From assembly GCA_031459625.1 (NCBI GenBank), contig JAVKIH010000037.1:1-17935 (forward strand): 17,935 nucleotides of DNA. The letters run 5' to 3'. This document shows positions 6,235 to 15,435 of this stretch, one piece after another. Origin of the DNA: Candidatus Geohabitans tengchongensis. GTDB lineage: Bacteria > Sysuimicrobiota > Sysuimicrobiia > Sysuimicrobiales > Humicultoraceae. Position 1 is the stretch's first letter. Every line of letters begins with the position of its first letter. A program made the translations under genes and the position numbers. The notes under the pieces are model-generated. The model was given only the letters and a program-made list of their open reading frames with translations. It had not been told where the DNA came from and did not search any database.

Positions 6235-9023
6235 GAGCCCGCCTCTCGATGGCCGGGTTCATCGCGGTCGGGGCCCTCTTCCTCGGCCTCTTGATCTACG
6301 CCGCCACTCTGAGTGTTCTGGCTCGATCCACCGTCCGCTGGCCTGCTGTCGGAGGTGCCGGTGCTGCAGGCGCCTGGATCGTCCTGTTGTGGCGGCGGCA
6401 CCTCTGGCGTCACGCGGCCTGGGGCGCCGTGCTCATCTTCCTGGCAACGCTGGCCGCCATGGCATGGTTCCCCGACGGACGGGCGCACGGTCTCGCACTA
6501 CTCGGAGACGCCGCAGTGATCATCTTCCCGGCGCTCATGGGCGTTGGGAGCGTGACCGCAGCGATCATGCTCCTCCGCTGGCGGAGCCCGGCCTGGCGCG
6601 TCGGTGTGCTGCTCCTGGGCGGCTACGTCGTCGGAGCTACTGCGGTTGAAGCGGCACGCGGAGGATTCGACGCGCTGCTCCGGACGCGGTCCTCCTGGTC
6701 CACGCTGCCCCTGTGGTTCCAGGGCGCTGTGCTCGGTCTCCTTGCCCTGCTCCCGGCGGGCATCGTGGCAGGGGCGGTCGATGCCATTCGGGGTGCGAGG
6801 CGCAGTCCAGCGGTCCTGAAGTCCCTCTCGCTCTCCCTGGTGCTGCTCATCGCACTGCCGGCTGTCTATCAACCGCCGTGGACCGCACCGGTCGGTTCAA
6901 CCCGTGGGTCGGGCGAGTCCCCACCGTCCCCACCCCCCATGCCGAGCCCGACGGGCGGTGCGGTCAAGATGACGCCGATACCCTGGCCTTCTCCCGAAGG
7001 TTCAGCGGCCGCCCTGCAGGAGTACCGCGCAGCACTCGACCGGTTGAAGCATCAGGTGGATCGTTCGGTCTTCGATGTCGGCGCGCTGCAGGGGCGGCTC
7101 GGCCGCGATGTCAAGGCCATGCTGGGCTTCGTGCGGGAGGAGATCCGACTGGAGCCGTACGCCGGCGTCCTCCGGGGTGCCCGCGGCGCCCTGCTGGCCA
7201 GGGGCGGAAACGCCGCGGATCGGGCCCTCCTCCTGGCCGAGCTCCTCCGGCGCGCAGGCTACCAGGTGCGCTTTGCCGAGGGGACGCTGAGCCGGAACCA
7301 GGCCGAGGTCCTGGTGCGGTCGGCCCTGCGACGTCCCCGGACGGGGGCCGACACGCCCTTGCACCAGGAGATCCTCCGTCGGGCGGCGGCTCATTTCCTC
7401 GTCCTCGGCGATGCTCTCTACGGCGCTGGCCACCGGCCTTCGACGCAACGCACACCGCGATGGGACCACGCGGTCAGGGCCGCCCAGGACCACGTGTGGG
7501 TGCAGGTCGCCGCAGGGGACCGGTGGATGGACCTGGACCCCGCCTCCCCGGATGGGGCGCCGCTCACCCGGGCTCGCCGCGTGGGGGACGTCCCTGACCT
7601 CCGTTTCCATCGTGTCACGCTGCGGCTGGAGGTCCAGGTGGTGGAAGGCGATCGCACGCTCAGGCACCCCGTGCTCCTCTATGAGGGCCGTGCAGCGGAT
7701 CTGGTGGACGTCCCCCTGGGCATCTTCTTCGACGTGCAGGGTGAGATGGCGACCGCCGTGCTGGTGGTCGGTGGCGAACTGCTGGCCGGCCCGCCCTTCC
7801 GCATCTCCAAGTCCGCGGCCGCCGGAACCGGCGCGATCCTCCCGCTGCCGGGCACCCCCAAGGGGGGAGGCGCCATCGATGCCCTGACGGGGGCGTGGCT
7901 GACGGTCGTGACGGACACCCCCGAGGGCTCGGCGTCAGCGACCTACACGATCTTCGAGCAGGGCCCTTCGGGCAGCACGAGCGCATCGGCGGAGGATGCC
8001 CTCGGGGCCGTCCTGGGGATCGGTGTCATCACCGGGGAGATGCCCGGCATGCTGCTGGCTGCGGTCCTGGCCGACACTGACGACCCGCTGAGTCGCCCGG
8101 GGATCACGCGGTTCCTCGCGCTCCGCGCCTTCACCTACGGTGTGTTGCGCGGGGCGGTCGATGGCACCGCGGCCGAGGATCTCCCGCTGCGGTATGTCGA
8201 CGCGCCCAACGTGTTCATCGCTGAGGTACGGTCCCACGGGCCGGCGCGGGATGCGCGTGTCCAGCTCAGCTTCGACCTGACCCGGAAAGCCTATCGAACG
8301 CTCCGCGCGCCGGAAGATCCGCTGGCTGGCTACGGTGAGTTCTACGACACCCTGGCGCACGGCATGCTCGACCACCTGGTGGAGCGTGTCACGTTGGGAG
8401 CCGACTTCTCGGACCGAAGCGTAGGCGCGCTGTTCGAGCAGGCCACCGACCAGGGCATCCCAGTTAAGGCCCTGCTGCAGCCCACCGATCCTCTGCCGGC
8501 GGCGCTGGGTGGCGGGGGGATTCGCCGCCTCACCCAGGGGCGGGAAGCGGGACGAGCCGTCGTCCTGCCCGAGGCGCTCCCCCGCGGGTGGAGCCTGGCC
8601 GATCTGGGCTGGTGGGAGGTGGACCAGCGGACAGGGTGGGCGACAGATGTCACGGCCAGCGGCCGACATCAGTCGACCGTGGAACGCTCAGTCCAGGAGA
8701 CCGATACTCGGAAGAAGTCGGCCCTGGTCTGTGTCCAGACCCTCCGAATCGCTGTCAATGTCGTGATCCCCACGCTGACCCGGCTCGGTGGTTTGCCCCC
8801 GCAGTTTGTGGAGTTCCTCGAGGAGACCCGCCTTGACGACGCCCTGGAAAAGGTCGCCGAGGGCCTGTGCACGAGGTTCGGGCCGGTGCCCCGCGACATC
8901 CCTCCCCCCCCAAAGTGGACCCCCTTCCCTCCGGCCCCACGCCGTATGCCTAACCCGGGTTCGAACCCCTTCAAGAACCCCCCCGCTGTCCGCTGGCCTC
9001 CGGGGGCCCCGCGGAAGCGATGA
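6231..9023 (+). CDS. Multi-pass membrane protein with a large soluble transglutaminase-like domain (catalytic Cys replaced by Ala), 930 aa
   Basis: ATGA overlap with the upstream stop. About 7 hydrophobic segments lie in the first ~215 aa, followed by a Pro-rich linker. Transglutaminase-like core: 'FVREEIRLEPYAGVLRGARGALLARGGNAADRALLLAELLRRAGYQVRF' and 'DHVWVQV...WMDLDPA'. Confidence 0.8.
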   Translation: MRARLSMAGFIAVGALFLGLLIYAATLSVLARSTVRWPAVGGAGAAGAWIVLLWRRHLWRHAAWGAVLIFLATLAAMAWFPDGRAHGLALLGDAAVIIFPALMGVGSVTAAIMLLRWRSPAWRVGVLLLGGYVVGATAVEAARGGFDALLRTRSSWSTLPLWFQGAVLGLLALLPAGIVAGAVDAIRGARRSPAVLKSLSLSLVLLIALPAVYQPPWTAPVGSTRGSGESPPSPPPMPSPTGGAVKMTPIPWPSPEGSAAALQEYRAALDRLKHQVDRSVFDVGALQGRLGRDVKAMLGFVREEIRLEPYAGVLRGARGALLARGGNAADRALLLAELLRRAGYQVRFAEGTLSRNQAEVLVRSALRRPRTGADTPLHQEILRRAAAHFLVLGDALYGAGHRPSTQRTPRWDHAVRAAQDHVWVQVAAGDRWMDLDPASPDGAPLTRARRVGDVPDLRFHRVTLRLEVQVVEGDRTLRHPVLLYEGRAADLVDVPLGIFFDVQGEMATAVLVVGGELLAGPPFRISKSAAAGTGAILPLPGTPKGGGAIDALTGAWLTVVTDTPEGSASATYTIFEQGPSGSTSASAEDALGAVLGIGVITGEMPGMLLAAVLADTDDPLSRPGITRFLALRAFTYGVLRGAVDGTAAEDLPLRYVDAPNVFIAEVRSHGPARDARVQLSFDLTRKAYRTLRAPEDPLAGYGEFYDTLAHGMLDHLVERVTLGADFSDRSVGALFEQATDQGIPVKALLQPTDPLPAALGGGGIRRLTQGREAGRAVVLPEALPRGWSLADLGWWEVDQRTGWATDVTASGRHQSTVERSVQETDTRKKSALVCVQTLRIAVNVVIPTLTRLGGLPPQFVEFLEETRLDDALEKVAEGLCTRFGPVPRDIPPPPKWTPFPPAPRRMPNPGSNPFKNPPAVRWPPGAPRKR

Positions 9024-12000
9024 GCGGGACGACCGCTGCGCGACTCGTCGCGGCCCTGCTGGTCGGTGGGCTCCTGGCGGGCTGCGTCCGGGGGCCAGAC
9101 GCCGGCCCCACTGCCACCCCCGGTCCGATGGCAGCTTCGAGTCCACTCGCGGCGTCCACCCCCGCGACCGTTCTCCCTTCTCCCGCTCCGTCCACCCCCG
9201 AAACCTCACCCTCGCCGGGACTGGAGGCGACGCCCGCCCCATCCCTGCCCGGCCGGCCCGGGGACGTCGTCGCCACGCCAGCCGCTCAGGTCGAACAACC
9301 CCCTTCACCGGGCCGCACGACCGGCGTGCAGCCGATCGACGCCGTCCTGGCGCCTGCGCTCACCGGCACGGGCGACCCCCAACAGCCGGCCACGGAGTTT
9401 CCAGAAGATGTCAGTGCCATCCACCTCGTGGTGCGCGGGCCGGCCAACGCCAGCCTGGTGGCCAAGTGGGTCGCCGTCCAAGCCGAGGGCTATCCGGCGA
9501 ACCAGGAGGTTGAGCAGGACCGCGTCGCCCTGGGCGCCGACGGGAAGGGCACGGCGACGCTGGCGGCCAGGCCGCAGGCGGTCCTCCGCCCCGGCGAGTA
9601 CCGGGTGGACCTCACCGTAAACGGCGCCCCCGGCCCGTCCCTCCCGTTCCGCATCGTCCCCATCCTCCCCGCGGCCGCCGCCTTCGAGGAGAGCGACCGC
9701 CTCTTCGGCCGCAACGTCGCCGCCGCCGCGCTGGGGGGGACGGTGGTGAGCGTCCCGCCCAACTCGGGGGCGCCGGCCGAGTACCTGATCGACGGCGGCA
9801 GCGAGGTGGTGAGCCGGCTGCAGCAGCTCCGCCCCTGGGTCACGCGGGACGCCACGTTCCCGCAGGAGATCGTCCTGTCCTTCCACGGGGGGCGCCGGGC
9901 CACGGTGGCCGCCGTCCTCGTCGACACCGACTCCGACAACCGGTACACCGGGTACCTGGATGCGATGCCGCGCCACGTGGAGGTGTGGGTCTCCACGACC
10001 GGCGCCACGGATGGCTTCACCAGGGTCGCGGCCGCGCGTCTGCCCCGTCGGGCGGGCCGGCACCTCATCCCGTTCGACCCCGTGCCGGCGACGCACCTCA
10101 AGCTCCGCATCCTCTCCAACCACGGCGGGACCCGCACCGAGGTCGTCGAGGTGAAGGTCCTGGAAGACCCCTCCGCCCCCAGCATCCTGGCCGACCGGCC
10201 GGCGAACCTGGTCCTGCCCGCCCTGGGGGGCACGGTCGTACGCGTGCCGGACTGGACGGGCACGCCGGTGGGCAACCTCTTCGACGGCCGCACGGGAGAC
10301 CACGGGTGGTATACGCAGGAGCGCCTGCCACGGGAGATCGTGCTGGCCTTCCGCGACCGCCAGGAGGCCTACATCGACCGTCTCGTCCTGAACCCCTCCA
10401 CGGACCTGGGGCAGGAGACCTGGCTCAAGCGTCTGTCGGTGCAGGTCTCGACCGAGAGTCCTTTCGAGGGCTGGCAGGAGGTGGGCCGGTTCACGCTGGC
10501 CCGAGAGGCCCGCGACCAGGTCTTCCCAGTCGGGCGGCGGGCCCGGTTCCTCAAGCTGCGCCTGCTCGAGAACCACGGCGGGCGGAACACGAGCCTGGGG
10601 GAGGTGCAGGTCCTCGAGGGGCAGGCGGCGGGCTACCGGTCGCTGCTGCTCGAACGCCCGCCCCGCCTCCTCGCCCGCGCGGCGCAGCCGGGACAGGGAG
10701 CCGCCACGGCCACCGCCGGTGCGGAGACGCTCGAGGGCGAGCCCAACGACACTGCGGCGCAGGCCGTCCCCCTGCCGCTCGGGCGGCGGGTGCGCGGCAC
10801 CATCGCGCCCACCGGTGACGTGGACCACTTCGCGCTCACGGTCCCCCCGCCGGGACCCGCCCTGCTCACCCTGGAGCTGGGCGGGCACCCGTCCATCCGC
10901 ACCTCCCTCGAGCTGCTCGACCGCGCGGGGCGCCCGGTGCGACGCTTCGGGCCGCAGCAGGCCGGGCGCCGCGCCACCGCCTTCACCTGGCTGGTCGAGC
11001 CCGGGGAGTACGTCGTCCGTCTGGCCGAGCCGCCGCTCTCCATCGTGCTGGCCTTCGACACGAGCGGCAGCATGGGCGGGGCCATCAGGGACCTGGAGGA
11101 GGCGGTGACCGCCTACGTCGACGCGGTGCAGCCGACCGAGCAGGTGGCCCTGATCCGCTTCGGGGCGGGCAGTCCCAACGAGATCGTCCTCCTGACCCCA
11201 CGCTTCACGAACGACCGCACCGTCCTCCGCCGGGCGCTGGCCGGCCAGTTCAAGGCTGTGGGCGGGACGCCGCTGTACGACGCGGTGGCGCACGGCATCG
11301 CGCTGCTCAAGGCCACGGAGGGGAACCGGGCCGTCGTGGTGATGACCGACGGCGAGGACAGCGGGAGCAGGCTCGACCTGCGGGGGTTCTGGGCGCTGCT
11401 GGAAGAGACGCGCGTGCCGGTGTACGCCATCCTCCTGGGCAACCGCCTGCAGCAGTACCAGCCGCGCCTGGGGACGAGCGTCCTCGGCCTCTTCGCCCAC
11501 CTGTCGGCGGCCACCCAGGCGCGGGCCACCTTTACCCCCGACTCCGCGGCGCTGCGCGGGCTCTACCAGCAGATCGCCTCGGAGCTGCGCACCCCCGTCA
11601 CGTACACGCTGCGGGCCACGGCGAGCCCGGGCCCGGGGACGGTGTACGTCGACACCGGCGGCGAGCCCGTGGGCGCTCCGCCGCAGGTGGAGCTGATCCT
11701 CGACGCCTCCGGGTCGATGAAGCGCCGCATCGACGGGCGCCCGATGATCGACATCGCCAGGGATACCCTGGCCCAGGTCGTCAAGGCGCTGCCCGACCAG
11801 GTGCACGTCGGGCTGCGCGTCTACGGGCACCGCATCCGCGAGGGCCGGCCGGGCGACTGCCAGGACTCGGAGCTGGTGGTGCCGATCGCCCCGCTGGACC
11901 GCACCGCCATGCTGGCGGCCATCCGGCGGGTGCAGGCCCTGGGCACGACGCCGATCGCCTACTCGCTGCGGCAGGTGGCGCGGGACTTCGGCACCCGGTC

Positions 12001-12463
12001 GGGGGAGCGGTTGGTCATCCTGGTCACCGACGGCCAGGAGGAGTGCGGCGGGAGCCCGGCGGCGGTGGTCTCCGAGCTGCTGGCCGCCGGCGTGACGGTC
12101 CGGCTGAACATCGTGGGGTTCGCCCTGGCCGACCGGCGGACGCGCCAGGAGATGGCCCGGGTGGCCGCCCTCACGGGCGGGGCCTTCTTCGACGCCCGCG
12201 ACGGGCGCGCGCTGCGGACGGCCATCGACCGGTCGCTGGCCTTCCCCTTCGAGGTGCTGGAGGCGACGGGACGGCGGGTGGCCGGCGGGATGACGGGGAC
12301 GGCGGTGAGCGTGCCGGAGGGCGTCTACACGGTGGTGCTGCGCCCCGCGGGGCCGCCGGTGACGGTCCGCGACGTGCGGGTGCGCTACGGGGCGGTCACC
12401 CGGGTGGTGCTGACGAAGGACGGCGGCGAGATCGGGTTTCGGGTCGTGGGGCCGTCGCCGTGA
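9020..12463 (+). CDS. Large lipoprotein: Pro-rich linker, Ig-like domain, 2 discoidin/galactose-binding-like domains, PPC-like domain, 2 vWA domains, C-terminal beta domain; 1147 aa
   Basis: ATGA overlap; lipobox 'LLAG-C'. Duplicated unit 'N....ALGGTVV...L.DG...W...P.EIVL.F...LKLR.L.NHGG..T...EV.VLE'. 'EGEPNDTAAQA...GDVDHF' is PPC-like. MIDAS motifs: DTSGS/GGTP/TDG and DASGS/GTTP/TDG. Confidence 0.9.
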   Translation: MSGTTAARLVAALLVGGLLAGCVRGPDAGPTATPGPMAASSPLAASTPATVLPSPAPSTPETSPSPGLEATPAPSLPGRPGDVVATPAAQVEQPPSPGRTTGVQPIDAVLAPALTGTGDPQQPATEFPEDVSAIHLVVRGPANASLVAKWVAVQAEGYPANQEVEQDRVALGADGKGTATLAARPQAVLRPGEYRVDLTVNGAPGPSLPFRIVPILPAAAAFEESDRLFGRNVAAAALGGTVVSVPPNSGAPAEYLIDGGSEVVSRLQQLRPWVTRDATFPQEIVLSFHGGRRATVAAVLVDTDSDNRYTGYLDAMPRHVEVWVSTTGATDGFTRVAAARLPRRAGRHLIPFDPVPATHLKLRILSNHGGTRTEVVEVKVLEDPSAPSILADRPANLVLPALGGTVVRVPDWTGTPVGNLFDGRTGDHGWYTQERLPREIVLAFRDRQEAYIDRLVLNPSTDLGQETWLKRLSVQVSTESPFEGWQEVGRFTLAREARDQVFPVGRRARFLKLRLLENHGGRNTSLGEVQVLEGQAAGYRSLLLERPPRLLARAAQPGQGAATATAGAETLEGEPNDTAAQAVPLPLGRRVRGTIAPTGDVDHFALTVPPPGPALLTLELGGHPSIRTSLELLDRAGRPVRRFGPQQAGRRATAFTWLVEPGEYVVRLAEPPLSIVLAFDTSGSMGGAIRDLEEAVTAYVDAVQPTEQVALIRFGAGSPNEIVLLTPRFTNDRTVLRRALAGQFKAVGGTPLYDAVAHGIALLKATEGNRAVVVMTDGEDSGSRLDLRGFWALLEETRVPVYAILLGNRLQQYQPRLGTSVLGLFAHLSAATQARATFTPDSAALRGLYQQIASELRTPVTYTLRATASPGPGTVYVDTGGEPVGAPPQVELILDASGSMKRRIDGRPMIDIARDTLAQVVKALPDQVHVGLRVYGHRIREGRPGDCQDSELVVPIAPLDRTAMLAAIRRVQALGTTPIAYSLRQVARDFGTRSGERLVILVTDGQEECGGSPAAVVSELLAAGVTVRLNIVGFALADRRTRQEMARVAALTGGAFFDARDGRALRTAIDRSLAFPFEVLEATGRRVAGGMTGTAVSVPEGVYTVVLRPAGPPVTVRDVRVRYGAVTRVVLTKDGGEIGFRVVGPSP

Positions 12464-12492
12464 CCCCTGATGCCGCAAGGGGGTGAAGCCGC

Positions 12493-14581
12493 GTGGTCCA
12501 AGGCCGATCCATCCTAGTCCTCATCCTGGTGGCGATGCTGGCACTGGGCGGGTGTCGCGCCACCGGCCGTGCTCGGGTCGGGAGCCCTGCTGCGGGCACA
12601 GGCTCCGCGTCGGAGCCGACCGGAGGCACTCCTGCAGACCCCCTGCCCGCACCCCTCTCCCTGCCTGCAGGATCCCCGGACGAGGCTGTGTCGGCGCTGG
12701 TGGGGCGCATCCTGGGCGGGGGTCAGGAGGGGCTCTCCGCGCTGCTCACCGCCTTCCAGGCGGCCGGCATTGCTGTGCGCGGGCCGGGAGGCGGCCTGGC
12801 GGTGCAGCCTGCGGACGGAGGGCAGGGGCTGGGGGTCAGCGCCTGGGAGGCCAGGTTCATGGCGGCATTGACGAGGAAGGACCGCGCGCTCCTGGTACTG
12901 CTCACCAAGGTGCAGGAGGTGCTCGTGCGGGCCGTGCCCGAGCTGCAGGGCATTCGTATCGCCCAGCACATCCTGGACGGGATCCACGCCCATGCGGACG
13001 GGCAGCACCCGGCGATGCGGGCCTGGGCGCGGCTCATCGTGGAACTGGGGCGCCAGCGGCAGGTGGGCGGTCCGCAGGACCTCCTGGGAGGGGTGGATCC
13101 CGAGGCGGTGCGTCTGGACGCGGTCCAGCTGTCCCTCGTCACCCTGCGCCTCATCGGAGATCTGGAAGTCATCCAGCGGCGGGCGAGCGTTCCCCGCGGG
13201 AACGTCGTGGCCGACGCCGGTCAGCGCGCCCGACGGGCCAGCGCCCTGGCCGGGTGGTTGGCGCCGCCGCCGGCGTTCGCGGCCGCGGCACCCTGCGCCG
13301 ACGACGATCCGGTCATCAGCCGGGAGCAGGTGAGCGCCAGCGGGTTCGACGTGCTGAGGCAGAAGTTCCGGGACGTGCTGAGGGGAATGGCCCCGAACGG
13401 TTGAGAAGAGCGGTCAGATCGCAACGCGCTTACCGGACTCTGGCGCTCGTCCTGGCCGCCCTGCGCATCGAGGTGGCCATGGAGCCCCCGGGTCCGCCGC
13501 TGGTGCGGACGAGGACCACCGACCCGGGCGAGGGGCGGGACATCAGAGCCAGGGTGTACCTCGACCCGAAGAGATTGGCTTGGTCGGAGTGCGCCCGGGC
13601 GGTGCTGGAAGCGCTGGGCCTTCGGCTGAACGTGGGACGCCCTGCGGCCGGCGGCGTCGCCGGGGTCCCCGTCACCTGGCGCCTGGCGGCGGGCGAGGAC
13701 ATCCTCATGCTCCAGTGTTGCTCGCCCGACATCACCGACCAGGATGGCGCGTCGGTCTTCGCCGTGGTGGGGAAGCCTCAGGACAGGCCTCTGCCCGACA
13801 CGGCCCAACGGGTCAGCAAGCAGGGAGCGGTGGCGGTGGGGTTCGACCTGCGGCCGTACACCCTCCTCGGTGGACAGGCCCCCAGCGACCCCTCCCTACT
13901 GGAAGGGTGGCTGCAGGAGGCGTCCTTCCGCTATGAGACCGTCTACCCTTTCGAGGTGGTGGATTGGGAGGGTGGACGTCCGTGGACGGGGACCATCACG
14001 TACACGCGGACAGTGCGCCAGCAGCGGTCCGAAGGTTCCGTGGAAGAACAGACCCAGAGCACGTTGCGCATCGTGGTGGATCTGGGCGACACGGTCAGCG
14101 AAGCCGGCGATCCGGCAACGGGCATTTACGTGGCCCAGCTCAGGGCTACCGCGCGAGGTGAGTTTTCCGAGCAGTCGAGGTCTCAGGGTTGGAAGTGGGA
14201 CACCTGCGCAGGCAGACGGGTGCGACTGACTGGACGAGTGAGGGTCGGCTGGTCGGCTCAGGCTCGGGACGCGCACGTGTCACCATCCACCTCACACCCG
14301 GGAACTACTCTGTCGCTGTCGCCTCCGAAGAGACCTGCGAGGCGGAGGGACAGCTGGTCAGCCGACAGGCCATTTGCCTAGGTGGCGGTCACGTGTCCTA
14401 CCTGTCGGGGTCACGCGGAGGGGTACGCCTCAGCACGATTCTCGGTATCCCTGTGACCATTGCTTCTCAACTCAAGGCCCGCGACGCGCTGGCGGGAACG
14501 TGGAACCGGACCGTTGAGGGGGGTCCGGCTACCGCGACCGTCACCGAAACCCTCGAGTGGGATCTGAGGCGTCGTCGGTAG
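12493..14581 (+). pseudogene. Frameshifted lipoprotein gene, about 695-700 aa if repaired; true pseudogene or sequencing indels
   Basis: Signal 'MVQGRSILVLILVAMLALGG-C'. Protein-like sequence runs in the 12493 frame to about 13385, continues in the 12483-ORF frame ('LALVLAALRIEVAMEPP...') from about 13440 to 14225, then in the 14189-ORF frame ('TDWTSEGRL...TLEWDLRRRR*') to 14581. Confidence 0.75.
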
Positions 14582-14659
14582 GGCACACGGCCAGGTGGTG
14601 GTGACGCCGTCGATCCCTGTGGCCGGTCGACGTCTTGGAGACGGAGAGGAGGGGAGGTC

Positions 14660-15139
14660 GTGAGAACGACGTGCACGTGCGGATGCCCGGGCATCCTGAG
14701 GACACGGCGGAGGGCGAGCGGTGGCATCGTGACACGGTTCTTGCTCCTCGCTCTGGTGGCGGTTCTGGCGGCAGTGCCGGCGGCAGCGTTCGCGGCCGCC
14801 AACGCGGCCGCCCTCCTGGGCACCTGGGTGCAGGATGACATGGGGCCCGTGCTCACCTACCGACGCGTGTACCGGTTCAACCGCGACGGGACGTACGAGT
14901 TCCTCTTCACGGTGCGGAACACAGGATCGACCGCCCAGAGGGTGCTGGTCCGGGAACGCGGCCGCTACGCGCTACGAGGGGATGTCCTGGTGATCACCCC
15001 GCAGCTCGGGCAGGTCCGGTGGCAGCGTGGTGTGGCCAGGTCGTTTCCCTGGCGGGTGGAGCGGGATCGCGCCGGGGGGGACCTCCGGCTGGTCCTGGTC
15101 CTCCCCGACGGCATCCTGGACGTCTTCTATCGCCCGTAG
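14660..15139 (+). CDS. Small secreted hypothetical protein, possibly a lipocalin-like beta barrel
   Basis: A strong SD (GGAGGGGAGG) precedes GTG 14660; an alternative GTG is at 14729. Signal 'TRFLLLALVAVLAAVPAAAFA', then 'LLGTW' and strands 'YRFNRDGTYEF...ERGRYALRGDVLVITP'. Confidence 0.75.
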   Translation: MRTTCTCGCPGILRTRRRASGGIVTRFLLLALVAVLAAVPAAAFAAANAAALLGTWVQDDMGPVLTYRRVYRFNRDGTYEFLFTVRNTGSTAQRVLVRERGRYALRGDVLVITPQLGQVRWQRGVARSFPWRVERDRAGGDLRLVLVLPDGILDVFYRP

Positions 15140-15197
15140 TCATGCCATGGAGCACCGCAGGTGCGCGCCGCGCTGGCCCGCACCGGGCAGCGGATCA

Positions 15198-15224
15198 GGG
15201 TGAGCCAACAGCGGGAGCTCACCC
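15198..15224. terminator. Possible hairpin downstream of the operon
   Basis: GGGTGAGC (15198-15205) / GCTCACCC (15217-15224): an 8-bp stem with an 11-nt loop and no U-tract. Confidence 0.3.
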
Positions 15225-15241
15225 CTCGACGGCCTGGGGTT

Positions 15242-15422
15242 CAAGTACGCCTTCATCGCCTTCTCCGCCGCCTGCTGGGCATGAAATGTCGCGTCTTTGG
15301 TGAGGGGCGGTTCGACGCTGAGGTCGACTCGGGCGCCTGCGAGGTCGGCGCGTGCCCGCACCGGCCACCCTCGCGTCTCCGCCACGAGTTCCGGATCATG
15401 CGGCATGGAGGAGCCGGCCCTC
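15242..15422 (-). pseudogene. Remnant of an MNT-HEPN toxin-antitoxin pair: last codons of the nucleotidyltransferase and first ~55 codons of HEPN
   Basis: From ATG 15406: 'MPHDPELVAETRGW...ARADL..A...PPLTKDATFHAQQAAEKAMKAYL', the classic HEPN N-terminal motif. Similarity is lost after AYL. An overlapping frame gives 'EGRLLHAA*' (15422-15396), typical of MNT C-termini. Confidence 0.8.
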
Positions 15423-15435
15423 GGGGGTCTCGAGG

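Noticed and set aside
9305..12478. 1057-aa antisense ORF
   Set aside because: It is a shadow of the vWA lipoprotein gene caused by GC-rich codon bias. The sequence is Arg/Gly/His-rich with no motifs.
12483..13380. N-terminal half of the 632-aa ORF as a real protein
   Set aside because: It reads as off-frame text. The 12493 frame has the lipoprotein signal, and only the part after about 13440 looks coding.
13402..13404. TGA as a selenocysteine or readthrough codon
   Set aside because: The same frame soon becomes non-protein-like ('WRSS...') and coding continues in another frame, so indels explain it better.
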